Source of the DNA: a virus
Reading direction: 5' to 3' (one strand)
Length of the DNA: 64,000 nucleotides
IMG/VR virus record: IMGVR_UViG_3300032086_003078
Coordinates: 1 to 64,000 of that record
The notes beneath the pieces were generated by a model that saw only the letters and a list, made by a program, of their open reading frames with translations, ran no database searches and had not been told where the DNA came from. Positions 46,234-55,517 of the stretch are shown here, piece by piece (within the stretch, counting starts at the first letter, position 1; each line of letters starts with the position of its first letter). The translations under genes were made by a program, and so were the position numbers.

Positions 46234-47004
46234 ATGGGTATTGACTTAAACAAAATGCGGCAGAAGCACGCCGCCCTTACTAACCGAGGTGGAGATACCT
46301 CTGACAACTTTTGGAAGCCAGACGAAGGGACACATCAGATCCGCCTAGTCTGCCCTCCCAACGGTGACCCCTTCTTTGAAGCATATTATCACTACGGCAT
46401 GGGATCTGAAGGAAAGACCACTGTTCTCAGCCCACGGACTAACGGTGATGCTGACCCAATCGCCGAGTGGGGGACCAAGCTCTGGAACGAGGGTACCGAT
46501 GGCTCCAAGGAAGCAGCCAAGCGCTTCTGGCCTAAGATGCGAGTATTCGCTCCTGTCGTCGTCCGTGGAGAAGAGGACAAGGGTGTTCGCTGGTGGGGCT
46601 TTTCCCGCACCACCTACCAAGCGCTCCTCGATGTAGTTCTTGACCCCGAGTACGGTGATATTACAGACCCAGAAAAGGGCACCGATATCCGTATTGATTA
46701 CGGCAAGAAGCAGGGACAATCTTTCCCAACGACCGATGTCCGCCCAATGCGCCGAACCAGCACCTTGGCTGATTCCGAAGAGAATGTCAACACTCTTCTA
46801 GAGAGCATCAAGTCGGCTGACGATGTATTTGATGTTGCATCATATGAAGAATGCGAGAAGGTTCTCAATGAGACTCTTGGCGGTGCTGACACCACAAGCA
46901 CTAATGAGACAACTCGCTACGACAACACCGCAACCACGACTAACAACAGTGGTATGGAAGGTGTTAGCGACATCGAGTCAGCATTTGACGATCTACTGGC
47001 GTAG
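46234..47004 (+). CDS. Single-stranded DNA-binding protein (gp32-like)
   Basis: FWKP..G...IRL, YGDITDPEKG.D, acidic tail ending AFDDLLA. Confidence 0.85.
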   Translation: MGIDLNKMRQKHAALTNRGGDTSDNFWKPDEGTHQIRLVCPPNGDPFFEAYYHYGMGSEGKTTVLSPRTNGDADPIAEWGTKLWNEGTDGSKEAAKRFWPKMRVFAPVVVRGEEDKGVRWWGFSRTTYQALLDVVLDPEYGDITDPEKGTDIRIDYGKKQGQSFPTTDVRPMRRTSTLADSEENVNTLLESIKSADDVFDVASYEECEKVLNETLGGADTTSTNETTRYDNTATTTNNSGMEGVSDIESAFDDLLA

Positions 47005-47015
47005 TTGACCGCCAA

Positions 47016-47060
47016 ACCCGCAGGGAGGCACGGGGTACAGGTGCCTCTCCACTTTTGGAG
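47016..47060 (+). promoter_or_regulatory. Structured RNA element between ssb and recA
   Basis: gaggcac/gtgcctc stem whose ggggt loop can pair with upstream accc; alternative ctcca/tggag stem covers the recA SD. Confidence 0.5.
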
Positions 47061-47065
47061 ATAAA

Positions 47066-48136
47066 ATGACAAAGAAGTCTGCAAACAGTCTTGTAAGTGA
47101 TCTACGCACAGAACTAAACAAGGCAGCTAAAGAAAACATTGCGTATGATCTGCATGGGGACAACCCAACAGATGTAAAGACCTGGATCTCTACTGGATCA
47201 ACTCTGCTTGATTATATTATCTCTAACCGCCGAGACGGTGGTATTCCTGTCGGCAAACTCACCACGATTGCTGGCGAGTCTGCCAGCGGCAAGAGTCTCA
47301 TCGTCACACAGATTTTGGCGAACACACAAAAGATGGGAGGGGTTGCTGTATATATTGATACAGAGAACGCAGCCTCTCCAGACTTTATGGAGCAGTTGGG
47401 ACTTGACACCAAGAACAGCTTCTTGTATGTTCAGCCTGGTACGGTTGAGGAAGTTTTTGAGACAATTGAGCGGCTGATTGGACGTATCCGTGAAAAAGCA
47501 CCTGATCGCTTGGTTTGTATTGTGTGGGACAGCGTTGCCGGCACACCAGTCAAAGCGGAGGTTGAGGGCGACTATGACCCTAACAGTCGTATCGGTCTGA
47601 CAGCCAAGGCACTAGCCAAAGGTATGCGGAAAGTCACAGAGACGCTCGGCAAGGAACAGATTGCCATGGTCTTTACTAACCAGTTGAAGACCAATATCGG
47701 TGTGATGTTCGGAGACAACCGAGTTGAGCCAGGCGGCAAGGCTCTGCCCTACCATGCTTCCAGCCGTATCTGGCTTACCCAGCACAAGGGCAAAGCTAAC
47801 GGTCAGATCCTCAACGAGAAGAAGCAGGTCATTGGTTTTCATACCAGCGCCAAAACAATGAAGTCTCGCTTCGGACCATCACCAAGGAGTTGTGAGTTTG
47901 ATGTATTATTTGACCTTGCTAACGACCGTGTTGGCGTTGATGATGAAGGTTCCTGGCTTAGTGCTATCGCTGGTACGCCTGGGTGTGTTCGCAGCGGTGC
48001 TTGGTATACTATCAACGTTGACGGCGAAGATAAGAAGTTCCAAGCTAAAGAGTTTTTGAACCTACTGGAAGATAAGAAATTCCGTGCAAGAGTTCTTGAC
48101 ATTCTAGAAGATGAGTATAGAATAGGGAAGAAGTAG
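47066..48136 (+). CDS. recA: RecA/UvsX recombinase
   Basis: ISTGS..LD, GESASGKS, YIDTE, VWDSVA, FTNQ, PGGKALPYHAS. Confidence 0.96.
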   Translation: MTKKSANSLVSDLRTELNKAAKENIAYDLHGDNPTDVKTWISTGSTLLDYIISNRRDGGIPVGKLTTIAGESASGKSLIVTQILANTQKMGGVAVYIDTENAASPDFMEQLGLDTKNSFLYVQPGTVEEVFETIERLIGRIREKAPDRLVCIVWDSVAGTPVKAEVEGDYDPNSRIGLTAKALAKGMRKVTETLGKEQIAMVFTNQLKTNIGVMFGDNRVEPGGKALPYHASSRIWLTQHKGKANGQILNEKKQVIGFHTSAKTMKSRFGPSPRSCEFDVLFDLANDRVGVDDEGSWLSAIAGTPGCVRSGAWYTINVDGEDKKFQAKEFLNLLEDKKFRARVLDILEDEYRIGKK

Positions 48137-48144
48137 GGAATGAA

Positions 48145-48576
48145 ATGGAATACGACCCGACAAGTGAGATCCGCAACAAGTTTCTCAAACTGGCTCTCCG
48201 CCGCATCGACGGAGAAGAATACAGCGACCACATTCAGCATCGCCACGCTGCTGTTATTGTAAAAGCGGGTCGAGTACTTTCAATCGGCAGAAACCGAAAC
48301 AAGACGCATCCTGACTCAGTTGGAATTGACAATGATGGCGAAGCCTTCACTAGAACTATCCATGCTGAGATGGATGCGATCTTGCGGGTAAAAAACAAAT
48401 CACACTTAAAAGGTGCGACCATATATGTTGCTCGCAAGGGAAGAAACGAAAAAGCGGGGATGTCCTGTCCCTGTAAGATGTGTCAGAAACTGATTAACAA
48501 GCATGGACTGAAAAAAGCAGTCTTTACAACTGAGTACGGCACAGGTACATTAGAGTTTGAGGGAGAAGAGAAATGA
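48145..48576 (+). CDS. Zinc-dependent cytidine/dCMP deaminase-family protein
   Basis: HAE and PCKMC motifs. Confidence 0.85.
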   Translation: MEYDPTSEIRNKFLKLALRRIDGEEYSDHIQHRHAAVIVKAGRVLSIGRNRNKTHPDSVGIDNDGEAFTRTIHAEMDAILRVKNKSHLKGATIYVARKGRNEKAGMSCPCKMCQKLINKHGLKKAVFTTEYGTGTLEFEGEEK

Positions 48577-49529
48577 AGCGACTTTTGATTATTGACGGAC
48601 AGAATATGTTTATTCGAAACTATGTTATGTCCCCACAACTGGATATCAATGGAAATCCTATTGGAGGGCTAACTGGTTTTATGAGGTCCCTTCAAAAAGA
48701 GGTCCGTCGAGCAAAGCCTGATCGAGTTGTAGTCTGCTGGGAAGGTCCTGGCGGCTCTCAAAAACGACGGGAAAAAAACAAAAACTATAAACTTGGTCGT
48801 AAGGCTCCCAAGCTGAACCGTGAGTATGAATTTTCAACTCCAGAAGAGGAAAGAGAAAACAAATATGAGCAACTGCTGCGATTGACAGAATACCTAGAAA
48901 ACCTGCCAATCCTTCAGATGTCCCTTGAGAATGTCGAAGCTGATGACATTATTGCATGGTTGTGTCACTGCAATGAGTACGCTGAATGGCAAAAAGTTAT
49001 TGTATCTAACGACCAAGATTTTCTTCAGTTGTGCGATGACAAGACCATCTTGTTGCGACCTGGCAAAAACGAACAAGTTCTCAATAAGAATAAAGTCTTG
49101 GAAGAATATGGTATTCATCCTCGCAACTTTGCCTGGGCTCGTGCCATCGTAGGTGACAAGTCTGACAACCTTGCTGGCGTTAAGGGCTTGGGACTGAAGA
49201 CGGTTTCTAAAAGATTTCCTTTCCTTTCGGAAAATAAAGACTATGGTCTTGATGATATTCTGACGCACGCAAAAAATAATAATTCTAAAATCAAGGCTTA
49301 TCAAAGCGTTGTAGACAATGAAGAAATTATTGCTTCAAATTACGAAATTATGCAGCTATATACCTCTACCATCTCGTCACAAGGAGTTCAAAAGCTCAAA
49401 TATGCGGTTAAGAATGACGGGGTCACTCTCAACCGTTCCGAAATTAGAAAAATGCTCCTAAAAGACGGAATTGGTACTCTAAACATAGATGAGCTTATGG
49501 TATTATTGAACTCTCATAGGAAAAAATGA
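48573..49529 (+). CDS. 5'-3' exonuclease / flap endonuclease (T4 RNase H-like)
   Basis: LIIDG.N, NYK.GR, EADDII, SNDQDF.Q, GDKSDNLAGVKGLG.KT. Confidence 0.93.
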   Translation: MKRLLIIDGQNMFIRNYVMSPQLDINGNPIGGLTGFMRSLQKEVRRAKPDRVVVCWEGPGGSQKRREKNKNYKLGRKAPKLNREYEFSTPEEERENKYEQLLRLTEYLENLPILQMSLENVEADDIIAWLCHCNEYAEWQKVIVSNDQDFLQLCDDKTILLRPGKNEQVLNKNKVLEEYGIHPRNFAWARAIVGDKSDNLAGVKGLGLKTVSKRFPFLSENKDYGLDDILTHAKNNNSKIKAYQSVVDNEEIIASNYEIMQLYTSTISSQGVQKLKYAVKNDGVTLNRSEIRKMLLKDGIGTLNIDELMVLLNSHRKK

Positions 49530-49582
49530 GAGTTTGCTTTATATTTTCGTTTTATAGGTTATAGTAGAGACAAGGAAAACAA

Positions 49583-51112
49583 ATGACCGAACAACAATTT
49601 GATACATTCAGCAAGTTCGGAAAGTCCTTCCAAGAAAAATTAGTAAAAACCATTCTATTTGATCGCAACTTTGCGAACCAAATGGAAGAGGTTCTTGATA
49701 CGAACTATTTGGAACTGAAATACCTACAGGTCTTTGTTGACCTTTTGTTCCAACACAAGCAAGCTTATCCGCACCCAACTTATGAAGCAATGGTCTCGGT
49801 GGTGCGGACTCAAACAGAAGATTATTCTGATAGCATCATTAAGCAAGTTATTGAGTTCATGGCTCGCATCAAAAGCAATGCCATTGGAGATGAGGACGAA
49901 GAGTATGTGAAGGAGAAGTCGCTTGACTTCTGTAAAAAACAGAAACTAAAAGAAGCAATTCTTAAATCGGTGGACCTTCTTCAATCACAGAGTTTTGATC
50001 AGATTCAAAAAGTCATCAATGATGCTATGAACTTGGGCGCTGATAACGATCACGGTCACGATTATCATCAAGATGTCTTGGATCGCTTTGAACTCAAGAT
50101 GAGAAACCCAGTATCAACAGCCTGGGATGAAATCGATGACATTACAAAAGGTGGTTTGGGGAAACGAGAACTTGGCGTCGTTGTGGCTCCAACTGGTGCT
50201 GGTAAGTCAATGGCTCTCGCCCACCTTGGTGCAATGGCGGTAGTAAAAGGGAAAACAGTAGTTCATTATACACTAGAGTTAGCAGATACAGTGGTGGGTC
50301 AGCGTTATGACTCGTGCATTACTGGAATTGAGCTAAAAAATCTAATGAATATGAAAGACACAATCATGATGGCTGTCGAGCACATCCCAGGCAAGCTTAT
50401 CATCAAGGAGTATCCAACTAAGTCTGCCTCTACTCGTACCTTGTCTACTCACCTAGAAAAGTTGCGACAAAAAGGTATCAACCCTGATATGATTATTGTG
50501 GATTATGCTGACCTTCTCAAACCAACAGCAACAGGCTTCAAATCACAAGAATTGCGCCATAGCTTAGGGAATCTCTACGAAGAGTTGCGAGGAATCGCTC
50601 AAACGTGGGATATTCCAGTATGGACGGCATCCCAGACAAATCGCAGCGGATTGAACGCTGAGGTAATCACTATGGAATCGATTAGTGAAGCATTTAGCAA
50701 ATGCTTTGTAGCCGATTTTATCTGTTCTATCTCTCGCACGATTGAGGATAAGACCGAGAACAAAGGTCGCATGTTTGTCGCCAAAAACCGTAACGGCATT
50801 GACGGCATTGTCTATCCAATGGAAATTGACACTTCAAAGGTCCATCTTCGGGTACTCCCACCAGGAGAAGATTCCTCCATTGACGCTGTCGTTATGAAGA
50901 CTAAGCAAGAACAAGACGAGCATTTGCGAAAGAAATATAGAAAATATCAAGAAGAGCGAAGAAAAGCTGCCGAAGAAGCAGAACAGAAAGCGAAAAAAGA
51001 AGAAGAGAAGCAGACTGCTAAAAACATCAGCAGTACGCTTCGAGAATTGAATAGGGAGCTAAAACAAAAATTGGTTAACGAAGAACAAAAACAACAAGGA
51101 ACAACAGTATGA
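49583..51112 (+). CDS. dnaB: Replicative DnaB-like helicase (gp41-like)
   Basis: APTGAGKS, YTLE, IVDYADL, WTASQTNR, KNRNG. Confidence 0.93.
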   Translation: MTEQQFDTFSKFGKSFQEKLVKTILFDRNFANQMEEVLDTNYLELKYLQVFVDLLFQHKQAYPHPTYEAMVSVVRTQTEDYSDSIIKQVIEFMARIKSNAIGDEDEEYVKEKSLDFCKKQKLKEAILKSVDLLQSQSFDQIQKVINDAMNLGADNDHGHDYHQDVLDRFELKMRNPVSTAWDEIDDITKGGLGKRELGVVVAPTGAGKSMALAHLGAMAVVKGKTVVHYTLELADTVVGQRYDSCITGIELKNLMNMKDTIMMAVEHIPGKLIIKEYPTKSASTRTLSTHLEKLRQKGINPDMIIVDYADLLKPTATGFKSQELRHSLGNLYEELRGIAQTWDIPVWTASQTNRSGLNAEVITMESISEAFSKCFVADFICSISRTIEDKTENKGRMFVAKNRNGIDGIVYPMEIDTSKVHLRVLPPGEDSSIDAVVMKTKQEQDEHLRKKYRKYQEERRKAAEEAEQKAKKEEEKQTAKNISSTLRELNRELKQKLVNEEQKQQGTTV

Positions 51113-52980
51113 GTAATCAAGACCTATCAACACAAATTTTATCAGACATCACAGTCTACATGAAGTACGCTCGCTACTTGCCTGAAAAGCAACGACGAGA
51201 AACTTGGGATGAACTGGTAACTCGCAACTTGGAGATGCACGTAAAGAAGTATCCCGAACTCAAGGGCGAGATTGTTGAAACTTATAGAAACGTTTTCGAC
51301 AAGAAGGTGTTGCCTTCAATGCGCTCAATGCAGTTTGCAGGTAAGCCCATCGAAATCTCACCAAACCGTGTTTTCAACTGTGCTTATGCTCCAGTGGATG
51401 ATTGGCGAGTTTTCGGCGAGATTATGTTTTTGCTTCTCGGCGGCACAGGCGTTGGCTACTCTGTCCAGCAGCATCACGTCGATGAATTGCCAGAAATCCG
51501 CAAACCCAACCCTAACCGTTCAAGGAGGTACCTAGTAAATGACAGTATTGAAGGATGGGCTGATGCCGTCAAATATCTTATCCGCAGCTACTTTTATGGT
51601 GGCTCAAAGCTACGATTTGATTTTAGCGATATTCGCCCTAAAGGTGCTCGCCTTGTAACTTCTGGCGGAAAGGCTCCAGGACCACAGCCACTAAAAGAGT
51701 GCCTGGTCAAAGTAGAGGGTGTTCTCGCAGAAAAGAATGACGGAGACAAGCTTTCAGCTATTGAAGTCCACGATATTGTTTGCCACATTGCTGACGCTGT
51801 TTTGGCTGGTGGTATTCGCCGTGCTGCTCTCATCTCCTTATTTTCTGCAAGCGATAACGAGATGATCTCAGCCAAGGCTGGCAACTGGTGGGAGACCAAC
51901 CCACAGCGTGGTCGAGCTAACAACTCTGCTGTACTTTTGCGGCACAAAGTAACAAAATCATTCTTCCTAGACCTATGGAAGCGAGTAGAGGCATCCAATG
52001 CTGGAGAACCAGGCATCTACCTTTCTAACGACAAAGACTGGGGAACCAACCCTTGCTGTGAAATCGGACTACGACCATTCCAGTTCTGTAACCTCACAGA
52101 AGTCAATGTCAGCAACATCAAGGACCAAAAGGACCTTGAGGATCGAGTTCGTGCTGCTGCCTTTATCGGCACACTCCAAGCAGGCTACACAGATTTTCAC
52201 TATCTCCGCCCAGTTTGGCAACGAACCACAGAAAAGGACGCTCTCATTGGCGTCTCAATGACTGGGATCGCCTCAGGACGAGTCCTACAAGATGATATTG
52301 ATTTGGTTGCTGCCGCCAATGTCGTCAAGGAAGAGAATGCCCGTGTCGCTCAGTTGATCGGCATTAACAAGGCTGCTCGCACAACCTGCGTCAAGCCAGC
52401 AGGAACAACCAGCCTAGCACTCGGCACTTCCAGCGGTATTCACGCTTGGCACAACGACTACTACATTCGTCGTATCCGTGTCGGCAAGAATGAGCCAATC
52501 TACTGGCACCTCGCTATTCACCACCCAGAACTAGTAGAAGACGAGTACTTCCGCCCACACGATACAGCCGTAATCTCGGTTCCACAAAGGGCACCTGAAG
52601 GCTCTATCTTCCGCACCGAAAGTGCTTTCCAACTTTTGCGGAGAATCAAAAAAATCACTAGTGAATGGGTCAAGGCAGGACACCGCTCAGGTCAAAACGG
52701 GCACAATGTCTCAGCAACCATTTCGCTCCGTGAAAACGAGTGGGTAGATGCCGGCGAGTGGATGTGGGACAACCGAAATGCTTACAATGGTCTTTCAGTT
52801 CTTCCCTACGATGGTGGCTCTTACCAGCAGGCTCCCTTTGAAGACTGCACCAGAGAACACTACGAGACAATGCTTAACACCCTTAAGGATGTGGATCTAA
52901 CTCAAATTGAAGAGACAGAAGATAACACAGACCTTAAGGACCAGGCGGCTTGTGCTGGTGGTGCTTGCGAAATCACCTGA
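51109..52980 (+). CDS. nrdJ: Class II (B12-dependent) ribonucleotide reductase
   Basis: FNC, GGIRRAA, TNPCCEI, FCNLTE, TCVKPAGT, C-terminal CAGGAC. Confidence 0.93.
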   Translation: MSNQDLSTQILSDITVYMKYARYLPEKQRRETWDELVTRNLEMHVKKYPELKGEIVETYRNVFDKKVLPSMRSMQFAGKPIEISPNRVFNCAYAPVDDWRVFGEIMFLLLGGTGVGYSVQQHHVDELPEIRKPNPNRSRRYLVNDSIEGWADAVKYLIRSYFYGGSKLRFDFSDIRPKGARLVTSGGKAPGPQPLKECLVKVEGVLAEKNDGDKLSAIEVHDIVCHIADAVLAGGIRRAALISLFSASDNEMISAKAGNWWETNPQRGRANNSAVLLRHKVTKSFFLDLWKRVEASNAGEPGIYLSNDKDWGTNPCCEIGLRPFQFCNLTEVNVSNIKDQKDLEDRVRAAAFIGTLQAGYTDFHYLRPVWQRTTEKDALIGVSMTGIASGRVLQDDIDLVAAANVVKEENARVAQLIGINKAARTTCVKPAGTTSLALGTSSGIHAWHNDYYIRRIRVGKNEPIYWHLAIHHPELVEDEYFRPHDTAVISVPQRAPEGSIFRTESAFQLLRRIKKITSEWVKAGHRSGQNGHNVSATISLRENEWVDAGEWMWDNRNAYNGLSVLPYDGGSYQQAPFEDCTREHYETMLNTLKDVDLTQIEETEDNTDLKDQAACAGGACEIT

Positions 52981-52982
52981 CC

Positions 52983-53011
52983 TTTACGGAACCAAAAAAC
53001 TAGAATATAAT
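52983..53011 (+). promoter_or_regulatory. Promoter with TTTACGGAACCAAAAAA box
   Basis: TTTACG-17 nt-TATAAT. Confidence 0.65.
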
Positions 53012-53033
53012 ACTTAACCGAAAGGAATGTATT

Positions 53034-53267
53034 ATGAGTAAAGATTTAAATCATATCATGCCCTCATATGCATCCAGGGGGCTATGTAAGCGGGAAGACA
53101 AAAACAAGGTACAACATCGTTGGGTACCTAGCGGTCAGTCCCGTGCTCTCCCTGGAATGCATGTGGGGGTTGAGTGCTATTGCAAACATTGTGGAGAGCG
53201 AGAGTGGGGCACTGTTGCTCGTCAAGAATTTGTTTTATTATCTGAATCTTGGGAGGAGTTAAGTTGA
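53034..53267 (+). CDS. Small zinc-ribbon protein
   Basis: C...H.W...CKHC. Confidence 0.6.
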   Translation: MSKDLNHIMPSYASRGLCKREDKNKVQHRWVPSGQSRALPGMHVGVECYCKHCGEREWGTVARQEFVLLSESWEELS

Positions 53268-53515
53268 AACCTTTAAATAGAAGACTACTTATAGAGATTA
53301 ATAAGGAGGAAACACATCAGGGAGCTTTCTACGTGCCTGTAGAAGAAAAGGTAGAAGAATTTGTTACTGCCACAGTTCTTTCTTGTGCTGATGACTGTTC
53401 GCAAGACTTCACGGGAAAGAATGTTGTTCTTCACTCCTTCGGTGTAGAACAAGTAACTGTTCGAGGCGAAACCTATACTTTTATCGGCGAAAATCACCTG
53501 ATCTGTGCGGAATAA
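53264..53515 (+). CDS. groES: GroES-like co-chaperonin
   Basis: GGAGG SD before TTG 53264; KPLNRRLLI...ATVLS...VTVRGETYTFIGENHLI. Confidence 0.75.
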   Translation: MKPLNRRLLIEINKEETHQGAFYVPVEEKVEEFVTATVLSCADDCSQDFTGKNVVLHSFGVEQVTVRGETYTFIGENHLICAE

Positions 53516-53516
53516 A

Positions 53517-54215
53517 ATGAATATATTCAATCCATGGCGAAAGTTTTTGTTACAAGAATCAGGATTCAACAGAATCATGAATATTTTGCAAGGTAAAGTG
53601 ACATCAGTAGATACTGTCGGTTTCTTAACTGGCGAAAACCCCATGGCTCAAAAGATGTCATCTAAGGAGAATCGAGCCCTCAACAAGGAGTTGATGGCTT
53701 GGATGCGTGATCGTGGCTACGGTCCCATTCGCATTCGTGGTAAGTTTGGCAACAAAGAGCGCTCTATGATTATTCCAAACATTACTAGGGAAGATATGGT
53801 AGAGGCGGGCAAAACATTCAATCAAGAGTCTGTAATCTGGGGGAAGAGAACCGAAAAAGATAAGTTTATTTTCGAATATATTGAGGGCGACAAGACTATT
53901 CAGAAAAGAGATGTTGTTCTTTTTGATAAAGATGTTCAAGCAAGGGAAGATTACTACTCGCAAGAGAGACAATCAGCCGGGCGTAAATTTTATATTCCAT
54001 TTTTTGATGATGAGTATGAGATGGAAGAAGGTCAGGAATCAGAATATGATTTGCCTGAATTGACCGAGAGGCAAATCGCCAAACACAAAGAACTTATCCA
54101 GGAAATCAATCACCGCCTGAAACTCTCTTTAGACGGATTGAGAACAGAGAAGTCTCGCTGGCAGCAGCGGCAGATCGCTCGTCTAAGACTTCGGGAACTA
54201 AAGAAGAAACTATGA
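53517..54215 (+). CDS. Leader-bearing protein (DUF3293-like core)
   Basis: MNIFNPWRKFLLQE leader; GFLTGENP...N...L...G...E.S....FNQESV. Confidence 0.6.
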   Translation: MNIFNPWRKFLLQESGFNRIMNILQGKVTSVDTVGFLTGENPMAQKMSSKENRALNKELMAWMRDRGYGPIRIRGKFGNKERSMIIPNITREDMVEAGKTFNQESVIWGKRTEKDKFIFEYIEGDKTIQKRDVVLFDKDVQAREDYYSQERQSAGRKFYIPFFDDEYEMEEGQESEYDLPELTERQIAKHKELIQEINHRLKLSLDGLRTEKSRWQQRQIARLRLRELKKKL

Positions 54216-54724
54216 AATCATTTGAACAAAGCTTTCGAGAGTTCCTAACAGAGGCTGAACTGGGACAATATGTGGATGGTGGTCAGGTCACCTTGTTCCA
54301 CTATACTAAGCACCCAGAGGATTCCTTGGTTTTGGACCCAAAATACTTTGCGGATCGTGCGACTCGTAGTGCCTTTAGTAGAAATGAGTACGAGATCAGC
54401 CAGGTCCCAAGAACTTTTTATTATGTAGATCCCAAGCAGAGGGAGACATTCTTCGGTGCAGGGGTCCCACTTTTTACCACAAAAGTCCCCGCTAGTAAAA
54501 TATATGATCTAAAGAATGACCCTGAAGGATACAAAGAAAAGAATAGACATCCAGTTTACGGCTTAAGGAAAGGCGAAGAATGGAATACACTATTAGAGGA
54601 TATCCGTGAGGATTACGACGGAATTTTTTATTCCACCAACAGGTTCGATGTGGTCGCTTGGTTTCAGCCCATCGAAGTTAACAAGGTTTCCCAAGAGGAG
54701 CAAGCTCGCCTAGAAAACGAGTAG
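54212..54724 (+). CDS. Leader-bearing protein, possible ART-like fold
   Basis: MKSFEQSFREFLTE leader resembles the T4 capsid-targeting sequence; LFHYT...RTFYY...IYDL...YDGIFY. Confidence 0.55.
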   Translation: MKSFEQSFREFLTEAELGQYVDGGQVTLFHYTKHPEDSLVLDPKYFADRATRSAFSRNEYEISQVPRTFYYVDPKQRETFFGAGVPLFTTKVPASKIYDLKNDPEGYKEKNRHPVYGLRKGEEWNTLLEDIREDYDGIFYSTNRFDVVAWFQPIEVNKVSQEEQARLENE

Positions 54725-54736
54725 AAAGGCATATAA

Positions 54737-55033
54737 ATGAGATTTCAGGACGATTCATACAGCATTGAGGTCGGCACCTTTGTTATGAATAATCATCATG
54801 GGCTGTTGAGAATGGGCGTTGTAGAAGACATGCGTATCACTGAAGAGGGGTGGGCTATGTATAAAGTAAACTTCCTAGAAGATGAAATATATCAGCGCAA
54901 TAAAACGTTTCATAGTGAGATCTCTGGTAGAGACGAGTTTCAGTACGAACACAGAAGGGATCAACTTGTTAAAGTAAACCCTCAGTGGCTGCAAAATGTT
55001 GTAAATGCCTACGAGGAGATTCAAAATGTCTGA
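54737..55033 (+). CDS. Hypothetical SH3/KOW-like protein
   Basis: IEVGTFV...MGVVED...YKVNF. Confidence 0.55.
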   Translation: MRFQDDSYSIEVGTFVMNNHHGLLRMGVVEDMRITEEGWAMYKVNFLEDEIYQRNKTFHSEISGRDEFQYEHRRDQLVKVNPQWLQNVVNAYEEIQNV

Positions 55034-55376
55034 AGATAATAATATAAAAGAAGAGGTTGCGGATGATCTCATCCCAAAGCCACCACCAAAACTAGCACCA
55101 AGAGGGATTACCAGCTTCACAGTTTATCGCCAACAGGATGAAACAGGTGTATCAGGTGAGGGTGTCGTAATCGAGGGTGTTGTTATGGCTACGGGTCAAT
55201 GCGTTGTACACTGGCTCTATCCGCCACCCCGTGGAGGTATTGCCATCTTTGATAGTATGAGCGACTTTGTGAAGGTTCATATTGAACCCCACCCAGCGAA
55301 TCAAACTATTATAACTTATCAGGATGGCACTAAAGATGTGTATGGCGAGAAGCCAGAAGAAGAAAGCACTGATTAG
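55026..55376 (+). CDS. Hypothetical protein
   Basis: GAGGAG SD before ATG 55026; R..D.TGVSG.GVV.EGV....G.CVVHW. Confidence 0.65.
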   Translation: MSEDNNIKEEVADDLIPKPPPKLAPRGITSFTVYRQQDETGVSGEGVVIEGVVMATGQCVVHWLYPPPRGGIAIFDSMSDFVKVHIEPHPANQTIITYQDGTKDVYGEKPEEESTD

Positions 55377-55404
55377 AGAATATTAATACTATATATTCTA
55401 ATTG

Positions 55405-55459
55405 GAATCCCTGCCAAGGCAGGTGGCTGAGCAGGGAGATGGTGCCCTGCTCTTTTTTT
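55405..55459 (+). terminator. Two-hairpin element ending in an intrinsic terminator (possible small RNA)
   Basis: cctgc-caag-gcagg; gagcaggg/ccctgctc followed by T7; ACTATATA motif at 55388. Confidence 0.7.
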
Positions 55460-55517
55460 GCGTTATAGTTTTTTTGGTAGCTAATTAAATATACAAAGAA
55501 GCAAGGAGCTAAGCATA

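Noticed and set aside
55434-55452. GGAGATGGTG resemblance to the start of a fluoride riboswitch
   Set aside because: The downstream pairing elements are absent, and the sequence is better explained as a terminator loop.
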